From NCBI GenBank assembly GCA_964016885.1, contig OZ024741.1:41664001-41728000 (forward strand): DNA of 64,000 nt, given 5' to 3'. The DNA is from Eledone cirrhosa (Eukaryota). The translations under genes and the position numbers were made by a program. Below, piece by piece: positions 24,972 through 38,792 of the stretch. The notes under the pieces were generated by a model. The model was not told the origin of the DNA, ran no database searches, and saw only the letters and a program-made list of their open reading frames with translations. Position 1 is the first letter of the stretch. Every line of letters begins with the position of its first letter.

Positions 24972-25247
24972 TCATCATCATTTCATTTTACGTCCGCTTT
25001 TTCCCTGCTTGCAAGGGTGGGATGGGAACTGATTCTGGCTTGATTTCTACAGCTGGATGCCCTTCCTAACACCAACCTCATTTACAGTGAGTGGTGGGTG
25101 CTTTTTTGCCGTGGCACCTCCACGACCACTTTGCAGTGGAATGATATGGATCCCAGTCCCTATCATCTCATTTCTACAGCTGAGTAAACTGGAGCAATGT
25201 GAAATAAAGTGTCTTGCTATAGGAAACAACACATCACCCGGTCTGAG

Positions 25248-25251
<4 letters not shown>
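24972..25251 (-). mobile_element. SINE S1, head truncated
   Basis: Reverse complement of S1, breaking off at the B box into (TA)n. Confidence 0.88.
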
Positions 25252-25281
<30 letters not shown>

Positions 25282-25284
<3 letters not shown>

Positions 25285-25983
25285 AGCTTGCATGCTCCGC
25301 TGGATGTGTAATAGTAATATACGTGAACGGCAAAGCATAAACGAACTAAGGGAAAAATTAGAAATAAGAGGGACCAGATGTTTACTTGAGAGAAGACTAC
25401 GTTGGTACAGTCACGTGATGCTCATGAAAGACGACAGCTGTATAAAAAAGTGCAGGGCAATAAAAATAGACGTAGTAGGCAGACCCAGAAAAACCTGGGA
25501 CGACTTGATAATTCCGACCTCACACACTTACACCTCTCCAAGACAATGTCACTGGACTGAGATCTTTGGCGCTACACAGTAATACAGAAGACCCGCCTTA
25601 CCTAAGTACAAAGTGAAACCTACTACAGTTAGTAGGCACCTCTAACAAAAATACATCACCGTCCCACTACCCCCACCCCATCTACACCACCCCTTTCAAT
25701 GTAAAGTTATGTTGGTACCACAATATCCAGCCCGAAACAAATGAGGTCGTGTAGGTGTCACGACAAAAAAACACACAGTCCACGCTGTAATGTGGCCGTG
25801 TAGGTAACACGGTAAAAACCTCCCAGTCCACACTGTAAACGTGGTTGGTGTTAGGAAGGGCATCCAGCCGTAGAAAACCTGCCAGACAGTTCTATGCGAG
25901 CAAGAAAATCACTCTTGCCTCAAGTGGGAAAACTCCCCTCCAAACGTGGAAGATAGACGTTAAACGACGATGATGATGATGAT
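25282..25983 (+). mobile_element. RTE LINE copy C, 5'-truncated
   Basis: [26 protein letters not shown] plus 3'UTR and (GAT)n; TA on both sides. Confidence 0.93.
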
Positions 25984-26172
25984 ATATATATATATATAAG
26001 TAAATATGTTTTGAAACAGTGAGCAGGTTTGAAATTAGAAAATAGAATAGCTTTCACCGTATTTTTTTACTAAAGAAATTTTAGTCTGATAATGGGGTTT
26101 AGAACCCTTAGATAAATGGAAAAGATGAGTATTGACTGTATATACATATATATATATATATAAGAAGAACAA

Positions 26173-26385
26173 AGTAGAGGTGTTACATATGAGATTTATT
26201 GCTTAACCCAGTTACAAGTGTTTCCCCAGATCATGAGCCCGATGCCTGGGAAAAATTTGTAACTGGGTTAAGCAATAAATCACATATGTAACACCTCTAC
26301 TCTATTATTATATACACTCTGCTCAGCATCGAGTGCTGACATTGGTTCTCTCACCAGTTTTCTACGGACTTACTGAACCTTTTGC
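26173..26385 (+). repeat. Fold-back element: ~57-bp arms carrying an HHR 3' half, plus ~85-bp tail
   Basis: 26173-26229 pairs with 26246-26301; the left arm reads GAAA-CACUUG-UA-ACUGGG..AAUAAA on the minus strand (right arm more decayed). Confidence 0.75.
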
Positions 26386-26416
26386 ATGTGTATACACACA
26401 CATATATATATATATA

Positions 26417-27241
26417 TAGGGTGCGGAAGATATTTGTTCACAAGATTACTGTCTAGGAAAAAATAACACAGTAGTTTTATTTTTTAAGATATATTTATCA
26501 AACTTGGGTCAGTTTGTCTTCATGACTTGTTCTTTCGATCTCACTCGATAAACCCGCCATTGGCTTTGATAACGGCCTCAAGGTGGCTTCAGAACCGGCT
26601 ACAGGCCTTCGTCACTGTCCCCCGACTTAGGCCCCTAAAGGCAGATCGTCTTCAGATGGCCTTCAGATCGTCTTTCTTATTACAGCTAGATCTGTTGTTC
26701 CACTGTGCCCCACACAAAGAAGTCGAGGGGGTTGCAGTCAGGCGAACTGGGAGGCCAGATGTCAGGTGAAGTGTGGTCGACGAAGTTCTCTGACAGCCAG
26801 GCTTGGGTCTTTCGGGTGGTATGGCAGGGCACTGAGTCTTGCTCCACACGTACAGCCTACCTGGTTGATGTAGCGCGGATGTAGCCATCGGTGTTCAGCT
26901 TCAGGCAAGAAGTGAGGTGGTATGACGTCACCTTGACTGCTGACGACACCTAAGACCAATGTTGTCACTGGAAACTTTGTCTGCATGACTCTGGGCATGT
27001 CTTTGGATGAGACACCATCCTCCTGCTGACGCTGAGAAAGTTTGAAATTTGTCTTCCCGGCGCGGATTCCAAGAAGAATTCTGTGTCTCTTCCACAAATT
27101 TGGAGGTTCAAAATTATTCATAATGAAAATAAATAATGGAAAGTCACTGTTTTTATGAAGACAAGAGTGACAACAAAAGAAAAAAAAATTGCATAAAATT
27201 AGCAGTTGAAAATTACGAACAAATATCGTCCACACCCTGTA
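26417..27241 (-). mobile_element. Tc1/mariner superfamily, DD37D (maT)-type defective transposon
   Basis: TIRs gggtg(c/t)gga(a/c)gatatttgttc with TA flanks; minus frame QDSVPCH..WPPSSPDCNPLDFFVWG has 37 residues between the 2nd and 3rd catalytic D (counted by hand). Confidence 0.85.
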
Positions 27242-27280
27242 TATATGTTGAAGTGTGTATACATTTTTTGGGACATCCTG

Positions 27281-27620
27281 TCATCATCATTTCATTTTTA
27301 CATCCGCTTTTCCCTGCTTGCAAGGGTGGGACGGGAACTGATTCTGGCTTGATTTCTACAGATGGATGCCCTTCCTAACACCAACCTCATTTACAGTGAG
27401 TGCTGGGTGCTTTTTTGCCGTGGCACCTCCACGACCACTTTGCAGTGGAATGATGGGGACCCCAGTCCCTATCATCTCATTTCTACAACTGAGTAAACTG
27501 GAGCAATGTGAAATAAAGTGTCTTGCTCAAGGAAACAACACATCACCCGGTCTGAGAATTGAACTCACAACCTTTCGATTGCAAGGCCAATGCTCTAACC
27601 ACTAAGCCATGTGCCTCCAC
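27281..27620 (-). mobile_element. Full-length SINE S1
   Basis: Reverse complement of 10471-10808 including the A and B boxes. Confidence 0.9.
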
Positions 27621-27668
27621 ATATATATATAAATGGCTTCTACAGGACTAGAACTGTTTCATTCGAGG

Positions 27669-28420
27669 GATGGTGGTGGTAAGGGTGGTGATAGTTGTGG
27701 CTGTGCTGGTTGTGGTGATGTTAGTGGTAGTGATGGTGTTGATGGTGATGATGTTTGTGGTGATGGTGGTGGTAGTGGTGGCTGTGTTGGTTGTGGTGAT
27801 GTTTGCATTAGTGATGGTGTTGTTGATGATGATATTTGTGGTGGTGGTAAGGAAAGTGTGGGGGGGAGGGGCATTTGTGGTGATATTAGTGGTGGTGGTG
27901 GTGGTGGTGGTAGGGAAGGTGGGGATGTTAGTGGTAGTGATGGTGATGATGATGGTGGTGGTAGTAGTGGTGGTGGTGGTGGTGGTGGTAGGGAAGGTGG
28001 GGATGTTAGTGGTAGTGATGGTGATGATGATGGTGGTGGTAGTAGTGGTGGTGGTGGTAGTAGTGGTGGTAGGGAAGGTGGGGATGTTAGTGGTAGTGAT
28101 GGTGATGATGATGGTGGTGGTAGTAGTGGTGGTTCCGTTCAGTGTGTATTTCGGTTTAATAAGATATTGCTTTTGTTTTCTATTCGTTGTATATATAAAT
28201 ACACACACAAACATATATATATTCACACACACAGGATATATGCATATATGTATGTATGCATGCATATATATATACTGTATACAGGTATGTGTGTATATAT
28301 ATATATATATATAGATACATACACATATATAATTTATATAATATATATGTATATAAATATATCTTATACATAAATGTATATACATATATATATATAAATA
28401 TATATTATATACATACATAA

Positions 28421-28454
<34 letters not shown>

Positions 28455-28496
28455 GTGCAAATTTATACGGGAACAAAACAGAGAGGCAGACAAATA
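27669..28496 (-). repeat. Left arm of ~0.8-kb inverted duplication (partner 29209-29978)
   Basis: Unique markers (ggttccgttcagtgtgtatttcggtttaataagatattgc; gtgcaaatttatacgggaacaaaacagagaggcagac) recur reverse-complemented. Confidence 0.93.
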
Positions 28497-28534
<38 letters not shown>

Positions 28535-28849
28535 ATTAAGAGAGATTGAACTGCAGAATGGAAGATTTAACAACAACAATAATCAATAGCACAGTTGTGA
28601 ACATTGGTTGGCTGTAGGCACCAATATTGAATCTCTCCTAAATTTAACCCTAAAGTTCACAACAGCTATCATAACCTAAAGATAGCCTTGTTAATAATAG
28701 ATGATGTGTTGCTTGTTAAAATACTAAAATAAAATGAAACGAATGTATACACACAGTCATCGCTGCACCTGTACACATATGCATATGTTTATATATATAT
28801 ATACATTTGTATGTATGTAATGTATGTGTGTATGTGTATATATATACAC

Positions 28850-29250
28850 CCGACCTCACGCATACACCTTTTCCTGAACATGGAACCTCGTTCTTCCTCA
28901 AACTCTCACATACACATGCACAGATACACAAACACCACCTTCAGCCTTCCCCGCTTCGACTCGCCACCACCCTTACACACCTCACCTCACACCCTTCCAC
29001 CACTTGTTCATCTTATTGTTTATTCTTATGTTTATTTTTATGCTTATTTTTATTTTTATTTGTTCTCCTTCCCCCTTTTTTCTAAATGTATTTCCACACA
29101 CCCTCTGAACACTCTTCCTAACCTATTTACTCCTGAAGAAGGGGTTATGCCCGAAACATCGTCCCCACACCCACCCCCACTCTCAAAAGCGTGAACCTAA
29201 CAAACCTTTATTTGTCTGCCTCTCTGTTTTGTTCCCGTATAAATTTGCAC
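28850..29250 (+). mobile_element. PLE-like 3' end relic with partial HHR
   Basis: Decayed frames loosely resembling a PLE C-terminus (..LK(T)L..NTTFSLP); CUGAAGA-A-GGG(GUUAUG)CCC-GAAAC at 29133-29157 with stem I lost; tail ctgcctct..gttttgttcc..aaattt also at ~51045-51075. Confidence 0.5.
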
Positions 29251-29300
29251 TATATATATATATATATACACACACACACATTATGTATGTATATAATATA

Positions 29301-29346
<46 letters not shown>

Positions 29347-29589
29347 CATTTATGTATAAGATATATTTATATACATATATATTATATAAATTATATATGT
29401 GTATGTATCTATATATATATATATATATACACACATACCTGTATACAGTATATATATATGCATGCATACATACATATATGCATATATCCTGTGTGTGTGA
29501 ATATATATATGTTTGTGTGTGTATTTATATATACAACGAATAGAAAACAAAAGCAATATCTTATTAAACCGAAATACACACTGAACGGA

Positions 29590-31395
29590 ACCACCACTAC
29601 TACCACCACCATCATCATCACCATCACTACCACTAACATCCCCACCTTCCCTACTACCACCACCACCACCACCACCACCACCACTACTACCACCACCATC
29701 ATCATCACCATCACTACCACTAACATCCCCACCTTCCCTACCACCACCACCACCACTAATATCACCACAAATGCCCCTCCCCCCCACACACTTTCCTTAC
29801 CACCACCACAAATATCATCATCAACAACACCATCACTAACACAAACATCACCACAACCAACACAGCCACAACTACCACCACCATCACCACAAACATCATC
29901 ACCATCAACACCATCACTACCACTAACATCACCACAACCAACACAGCCACAACTACCACCACCCTTACCACCACCATCACCACAAACATCATCAACAACA
30001 CCATCACTACCAACACAGCCACCACTACCACTACCACTACCACCACCATCACCACAAACAACATCAACAACACCATCACTACCACAAACATCACCACAAC
30101 CAACACAGCTACCACTACCACTACCACCACCATCACCACAAACATCATCAACAACACCATCACTACCACAAACATCACCACAACCAACACAGCCACCACT
30201 ACCACTACCACCACCACCACCACAAACAACATCAACAACACCATCACTACCACAAACATCACCACAACCAACACAGCCACCACTACCACCACCACCACCA
30301 CAAACATCATCAACAACACCATCACTACCACAAACATCACCACAACCAACACAGCCACCACTACCACCACCACCACCACAAACATCATCAACAACACCAT
30401 CACTACCACAAACATCACCACAACCAACACAGCCACCACTACCACCACCACCACCACAAACATCATCAACAACACCATCACTACCACAAACATCACCACA
30501 ACCAACACAGCTACCACTACCACTACCACCACCATCACCACAAACATCATCAACAACACCATCACTACCAACACAGCCACCACTACCACTACCACTACCA
30601 CCACCACCACCACAAACATCATCAACAACACCATCACTACCACAAACATCACCACAACCAACACAGCTACCACTACCACTACCACCACCACACCACAAAC
30701 ATCATCAACAACACCATCACTACCACAAACATCACCACAACCAACACAGCTACCACTACCACTACCACCACCACACCACAAACATCATCAACAACACCAT
30801 CACTACCACAAACATCACCACAACCAACACAGCCACCACAACCACTACCACCACCACCACCACAAACATCATCAACAACACCATCACTACCACAAACATC
30901 ACCACAACCAACACAGCCACCACTACCACCACCACAAACATCATCAACAACACCATCACCACAACCAACACAGCCACCACAACCACTACCACCACCACCA
31001 CCACAAACATCATCAACAACACCATCACTACCACAAACATCACCACAACCAACACATCCACCACTACCACTACCACCACCACCACCACAAACATCATCAA
31101 CAACACCATCACTACCACAAACATCACCACAACCAACACAGCCACCACTACCACCACCACCACAAACATCATCAACAACACCATCACTACCACAAACATC
31201 ACCACAACCAACACACCCACCACTACCACTACCACCACCACCACCACAAACATTATCAACAACACCATCACCACAACCAACACAGCCACCACTACCACTA
31301 CCACCACCACCATCATCAACAACACCATCACTACCATAAACATCACCACAACCAACACAACCACCACCACTACCACCACCCTTACCCCCACCCCA
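29590..31395. repeat. ACC-rich minisatellite (~60-80-bp units)
   Basis: Repeated caaacatcatcaacaacaccatcactaccacaaacatcaccacaaccaacacagccaccacta(cca)n. Confidence 0.93.
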
Positions 31396-32010
31396 CCATG
31401 TTATTGTTCTTTTTTTTGTTATACTCTCCCCAGAAAATGTCTGCAATGTCTAAGAGCTATACTTGTTAAACTTCACACCAGAGTGCATTAAATGAATGTA
31501 TTCTGTTTTATCACAATACCAATGTTTTATATCATACATTTATTTCTACAAATTTTTTTCTATTGTTTATCATTATTATTATTATTATTATAATTATTAT
31601 TATTATTGTTGTTGTTGTTGTTGTTGTTGTTGTTACTATCGTTGTTATTATTATTGTTATTATTTTTAATATTTCCAGCAGCTAATTAGTTAGCTCCATT
31701 GCGTAATTGTTTAAAAGTTACCTTAGCTCCAGGAACTTTTCTCTTCTCTTCCCTTTACTACAACCGCAAACAAACAGACAAACAAACAGACAGACAGACA
31801 GACAGACACAAACCTCCACCACCATCATCATCATCATCATCATCTTTATCATCATAATCATCCACATCATCACCCCGAAAACAACAACCACCACTACCAC
31901 CACCATCATCATCATCATCCTTTACAGCATCCCAACACCAAAGAAGACAATCATCATCATCATCACGGTCATAAGCAACAGTACTCTAGTGTTACAATAA
32001 TTATCTTTTC

Positions 32011-32252
32011 TGTTGTTGTTGTTATTGTTGTTGTTGTTGTTGTTGCTGCTGTTGTTGTTACTGTTGTTGTTGTTGTTGTTGTTGTTGTTACTGCTGTTGC
32101 TGTTGTTGTTGCTGTTGTTACTGATGTTGTTGTTGCTATTGTTGTTGCTGTTGCTACTGATGTTGTTGTTGCTGTTGTTGTTGTGGTTGTTATTGTTACT
32201 CTTGTTACTGTTGTTGTTGTGGGGTATTGTTGTTGCTGTTGTTGCAGTTGTA

Positions 32253-32298
<46 letters not shown>

Positions 32299-32500
32299 TT
32301 GTTGTTGGTGTTGCTGGTCCTGCTGTTGTTGTTGTTGCTGGTCCTGCTGTTGTTGTTGTTGCTGGTCCTGCTGTTGTTGTTGTTGCTGTTGTTATTGTTG
32401 TTGCTGTTGCTGTCGTTGCAGTTGTTGTAGCTGCTGTTACTGCTATTGTTGTTGCTGTTGCTGCTGCTGCTGCTGTTGTTGTTGTTGTTGTTGTTGTTGT
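32011..32500. repeat. (TTG/CTG)n tract
   Basis: Direct reading. Confidence 0.93.
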
Positions 32501-32865
32501 TATCACTACCAATTCCATGTATTGTAAGGAGAAGGTAAATAACAAGAATAACCTTCCTAAGAGCTGCTCAGAGCAGGTGATATAATGAAGTGCAGTGGTA
32601 GTGGTGGTGGTGGTGGTGGTTGTAGCGGTGGTGGTGGTGGAGGTAGTGGGGTTCTGTGGCAATGGCGGTGGCGGTAGAGAAAGAATGTCGGGGAAGAAAT
32701 GGAAGAAAAAGTATATTATTGATAGATAAAAACTGGTGAGATGATAAAGAAGAATGAAAAGAGACATGTATATATCTGTATATACATGTACAGATATATA
32801 CATATACAGATATATACAGATATATCATCCTCATTTAACATGTTTTCCCTGCTAGCATATCTATG

Positions 32866-32899
<34 letters not shown>

Positions 32900-33266
32900 T
32901 ATATATATATCAAATTTAGTCTTGTTGCGCGAAGATATGGTGCGGCCAATTCTGACCAGACTTGTCTCCCAACGTGGACAACCTATCTAACCCATGCAAG
33001 CATGGAAACATGGATGCTAAACAGTGATGATAATGATAATATACATATGTGGTTATATATATATATATATATATGTATGAAAGAAGGCTAAGGTGACAAC
33101 AAAAATGGTACAGACAATGACAAAGTGATGACAACTGATAAAATGGCAGCAATGGTGAGGAAAATGGCAATGATGATAATTGTATAGGAAGGTACAATGA
33201 TGAAGAATGTACAATGTAAAAGATAACAGCTAGGAATGATAACAGTAAAGGGGTTTATTATGACAG

Positions 33267-33900
33267 AGATCAACAATGATAGAGAACAACTACAATGGGG
33301 GATCAACTATGATGGGGATCAACTGTGAGGGGGATCAACTATGATGGAGATCAACTACAATAGAGATCAACTATGATAGAGATCAACTACGATGGGGATC
33401 AACTACGATGAGGATCAACTACGATGGGGATCAACTACGATGGGGATCAACTACGATGGGGATCAACTACGATGAGGATCAACTACGATGGGAATCAACT
33501 ATGATGGGGATCAACTACGATGGGAATCAACTACGATGGGGATCATCTATTATGGGGATCAACTACAATGGAGATCAACTACGATGGAGATCAGCTATAA
33601 TGGGGATCAACTATGATGGGGATCAACTATGATGGGGATCAACTACGATGGGGATCAACTACGATGGAGATCAACCATGATAAAGAGATCAACTATGATG
33701 GGGATCAACTATGATAAAGAGATCAACTATGATGGAGATCAACTATGACAAAGAGATCAACTATGATAAAGAGATCAACTATGATGGAGATCAACAATGA
33801 CAAAGAGATCAACTATGATAAAGAGATCAATGATGATGGAGATCAACGATGATGGAGATCAACTATGATAAAGATCAACTACGATGGAGATCAATACGAT
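33267..33900. repeat. 16-bp minisatellite gatcaacta(c/t)gatgg(g/a)
   Basis: Direct reading. Confidence 0.93.
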
Positions 33901-34307
33901 ATAGAAGTACTGTGACATATAAGTTCCGTGACATAGAATAATTATGAGGGAGAGAAATTATGTGATATAGTGAATTATGATATAGAAAAACTATGACATA
34001 GAAACTATGACAAAGAACTATGACAGAGAAGAACAGTGATGTATGAAAGAAGAATTATCAAGGAGATGAATTATGATGGGGAAAAACTAAGGGAATTATT
34101 ATGACAGATGAATTAGGATGAGGATCAACTATGATGGAGAGAAACTATGACAGAGAAAAACAATGTCAGAGAAGGACTATGATAGAGAAGAATGATGGAG
34201 AAGGACAATGATGGAGAAGGACGATGACAGAGAAGTATCATGACATAAAAGAACTATGATAGAGAGAAACTATGAGGTTAAACAATGTTGTAGGAGAACT
34301 GTGATAG

Positions 34308-36803
34308 AAGAATTATGATGGAGAAGAATTATGATGGAGAGGAATTATGATGGAGAAGATTTATGATGGAGAGGAATTATAATAGAGAAGAATTATGATG
34401 GAGAAGAATTATAATAGAGAAGAATTATGATGGAGAAGAATTATGATGGAGAGGAATTATAATAGAGAAGAATTATGATGGAGAAGAATTATGATGGAGA
34501 GGAATTATAATAGAGAAGGATTATGATGGAGAAGAATTATGATGGAGAGGAATTATAATAGAGAAGGATTATGATGGAGAAGAATTATGATGGAGAGGAA
34601 TTATAATAGAGAAGAATTATGATGGAGAAGAATTATGATGGAGAGGAATTATAATAGAGAAGAATTATGATGGAGAAGAATTATGATGGAGAAGAATTAT
34701 GATGGAGAAGAATTATGATGGAGAAGCATTATGATGGAGAGGAATTATAATAGAGAAGAATTATGATGGAGAAGAATTATAATAGAGAAGAATTATGATG
34801 GAGAAGAATTATGATGGAGAGGAATTATAATAGAGAAGAATTATGATGGAGAAGAATTATGATGGAGAGGAATTATAATAGAGAAGAATTATGATGGAGA
34901 AGAATTATGATGGAGAGGAATCATGATGGAGAAGAATTATGATGGAGAAGAATTATGATGGAGAAGAATTATGATGGGGAAGAATTATGATGGAGAGGAA
35001 TTATAATAGAGAAGAATTATGATGGAGAGGAATTATGATGGAGAGGAATTATGATAGAGAAGAATTATGATGGAGAGGAATTATAATAGAGAAGAATTAT
35101 GATGGAGAGGAATTATAATAGAGAAGAATTATGAAGAGGAATTATGATGGAGAAGAATTATGATAGAGAAGAATTATGATGGAGAAGAATTATGATGAAG
35201 GGGAATTATAATAGAGAAGAATTATGATGGAGAAGAATTATGATGGAGAGGAATTATAATAGAGAAGAATTATGATGGAGAAGAATTATGATGGAGAGGA
35301 ATTATATTAGAGAAGAATTATGATGGAGAAGAATTATGATGGAGAGGAATTATAATAGAGAAGAATTATGATGGAGAAGAATTATGATGGAGAGGAATTA
35401 TAATAGAGAATAATTATGATGGAGAAGAATTATGATGGAGAGGAATTATAATAGAGAAGAATTATGATGGAGAAGATTTATAATAGAGAAGAATTATGAT
35501 GGAGAAGAATTATGATGGAGAGGAATTATGATGGAGAAGAATTATGATGGAGAAGAATTATGATGGAGAAGAATTATGATGGAGAAGAATTATGATGGAG
35601 AGGAATTATAATAGAGAAGAATTATGATGGAGAGGAATTATGATGGAGAAGAATTATGATGGAGAGGAATTATGATAGAGAAGAATTATGATGGAGAAGA
35701 ATTATGATGGAGAAGAATTATGATGGAGAAGAATTATGATGGAGAGGAATTATGATGGAGAAGAATTATGATGGAGAAGAATTATGATGGAGAGGAATTA
35801 TAATAGAGAAGAATTATGATGGAGAAGATTTATGATGGAGAAGAATTATGGTTGGAGAGGAATTATAATAGAGAAGAATTATGATGGAGAGGAATTATAA
35901 TAGAGAAGAATTATGATGGAGAGGAATTATAATAGAGAAGAATTATGATGGAGAAGATTTATGATGGAGAGGAATTATGATAGAGAAGAATTATGATAGA
36001 GAAGAATTATGATAGAGAAGAATTATGATGGAGAGGAATTATAATAGAGAAGAATTATGATGGAGAGGAATTATAATAGAGAAGAATTATGATGGAGAAG
36101 ATTTATGATGGAGAGTAATTATGATAGAGAAGAATTATGATAGAGAAGAATTATGATAGAGAAGAATTATGATAGATAAGAATTATGATAGAGAAGAATT
36201 ATGATAGAGAAGAATTATGATGGAGAGGAATTATAATAGAGAAGAATTATGATGGAGAGGAATTATAATAGAGAAGAATTATGATAGAGAAGAATTATGA
36301 TAGAGAAGAATTATGATGGAGAGGAATTATAATAGAGAAGAATTATGATGGAGAGGAATTATGATGGAGAGGAATTATAACAGAGAAGAATTCTGATAGA
36401 GAAGAATTATGATAGAGAAGAATTATGATAGAGAAGAATTATGATAGAGAAGAATTATGATAGATAAGAATTATGATAGAGAAGAATTATGATAGAGAAG
36501 AATTATGATAGAGAAGAATTATGATGGAGAAGAATTATGATGGAGAGGAATTATAATAGAGAAGAATTATGATGGAGAAGAATTATGATGGAAAAGAATT
36601 ATGATGGAAAAGATTTATGATGGAAAAGAATTATGATGGAGAAGAATTATGATGGAGAAGATTTATGATGGAAAAGAATTATGATGGAGAAGAATTATGA
36701 TGGAGATGATTTATGATGGAAAGGAATTATGATAGAGAAGAATTATGATGGAGAAGAATTATGATGGAGAAGAATTATGATGGAGAAGAATTATGATGGA
36801 GAT
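34308..36803. repeat. 16-bp minisatellite aattatgatggagaag / aattataatagagaag (~2.5 kb)
   Basis: Direct reading; two or three interspersed variants. Confidence 0.97.
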
Positions 36804-37610
36804 AAAGAGTTGTGATAGAGAGAATTATGAGATAGAGAAACTCTGATTCATAGGATGAGAGGGCATTTTGATAGAGAAAAATGTTGACATAGAAGACCTA
36901 TAATATTGATGATCTATGGTAAAGAATTATCAAGGAGATGAACTATGATGGGAAAAAACTATGATACTGATAACACTAAAGACAATAAACCTGAGTTAAA
37001 GAGAATAAAAAAGGGAGATCTCTTAAAGAGAGTATAGAATATATACATGAAAGAAGTATACAAAAATACAGAAGATGAGGTTGAAGATTAAAAAAATAAG
37101 GTGTAGAAAATCTAACAAATATGTAGAGAAAGATTATAGAGTAGACGACAGAAAAAAAAAGGTAAAAGTATATGAAAAATAATGATTTAATAGAACGTCT
37201 AATCTATCCACACAATTTCCTTCATCATATAAAGAAGAAGCAAAAAGGTAAAAGAACAAATATCTTTTCTGCCATACTGTTACTTTCTAAGACCAAATTA
37301 TATTTCAGTTATATCTTGATTTGATTTGGTATTTCCCCTCCCAAAATTTGTGCTATCTTTCTAAAAATAGCTAAACGTACAAAAACAATGAGATGCCTGA
37401 AAGTTCTAATTTACCAAGATACTGTTAATGAAATCAAATGAGCCATAGGAAATTTGACTGTTTGTTGTTTGTTTTATATGAGTGTTTAGTTTGAGATATG
37501 AACAGAACTGTTTTCTTTCTTATATAAGGATAAACTATTTAACAAGACTAAAAATCATATATGTATGTATATATGTGTATATATGTGTATATATATTTAT
37601 TTATATATAT

Positions 37611-37678
37611 AACAAAGGAATTGTGGTAATGAAATAGCCATCGAAACGGCTTGAGCTCTGGCGTCATACTTTTTCTTA
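37611..37678 (-). mobile_element. Family P1 internally deleted copy
   Basis: Tail end aacaaaggaattgtggtaa joined to tagccatcgaaacggcttgagctctg..tcatactttttctta; in (TA)n. Confidence 0.65.
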
Positions 37679-37812
37679 TTTATATATATATATATATATG
37701 TATATATATTTATATTTATATATATGTATATATGTATATATTTATATATATATATAGGTATATATATTTATATTTGTATATATATATATATATAGGTATA
37801 TATATTTATATT

Positions 37813-37857
<45 letters not shown>

Positions 37858-38792
37858 ATATATATGTATATATATACACGTGTGTGTGTTTTACAGGAAA
37901 GCTGTAAATAACAAGTATCTCATAGAAACTAATTAAAGAATAACGAGGAGCCATATTGACTGAGTGTCTTAGAAACTCTTTACAAAAATGATTTGTTAAT
38001 TTGTATGCTATTAGCATGACTGTGTTTCACTCGCTGATCCAGAGTTGTATCTTATATCATTTCTTTCATGCTGATAGAGTATGGATGAAAGCCCAAGCTT
38101 CCTCCAGTTTTATGAGAACTGAGATTACAAAACTTCCCCTGGCTGGGATGCTAGTTTATCACAGGTTTAACTCCCAATTGCTGCTAGAGCAACATGAAAT
38201 GAATGTGCTTTGCTGAAGGACATTATGTGCCAGCTGGTCTGAGAATCAAACCACAGCCTTATGATCCTCAGCCCAACATCCTAACCTTTGACAATAAATT
38301 TACATGTTTTGTAAAATTCATGAAACCATAGATTTACACCTGCAAAGTTCCTTACCAAGTTACAGACCGGAATAATCTCCATGCCACCATTATTGTCCTA
38401 GAGAAAGGAAAACCTCAAAGTTTGGCACCAGTGACATTATAGGTGAACTCAGGATGGAAAAGGATCAAATAGATACCACAAAATATTACATCAATGCTCT
38501 ACCGATTCTGCCAATACACCATCCTCGACTGGTACTTTATCAACCTTGAAAGGATGACAAAGTTCACTTCAGCAGGATTTGTGTTCAGGTGCTTTTGGTT
38601 GTAATGGTGGTGGGGTCCTGGAGGTGATGGTAATGATGAAAACAATAATGAGGATGGTGGTGATGGTTGTAGCGGTAGTGTAGTGATTGTGTTGAAGGTG
38701 GTGGTGTGGTGCTGCTGGAAATGGTAATTACAACAATAATGATGCTAAAGAAGATGGTGGTGATGGAGACAATGATGGTGATGGTAATGGTG

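Noticed and set aside
29191-31491. 766-aa mucin/extensin-like ORF
   Set aside because: Runs through a TA tract and ACC minisatellite, changes repeat frame internally, and is open on both strands
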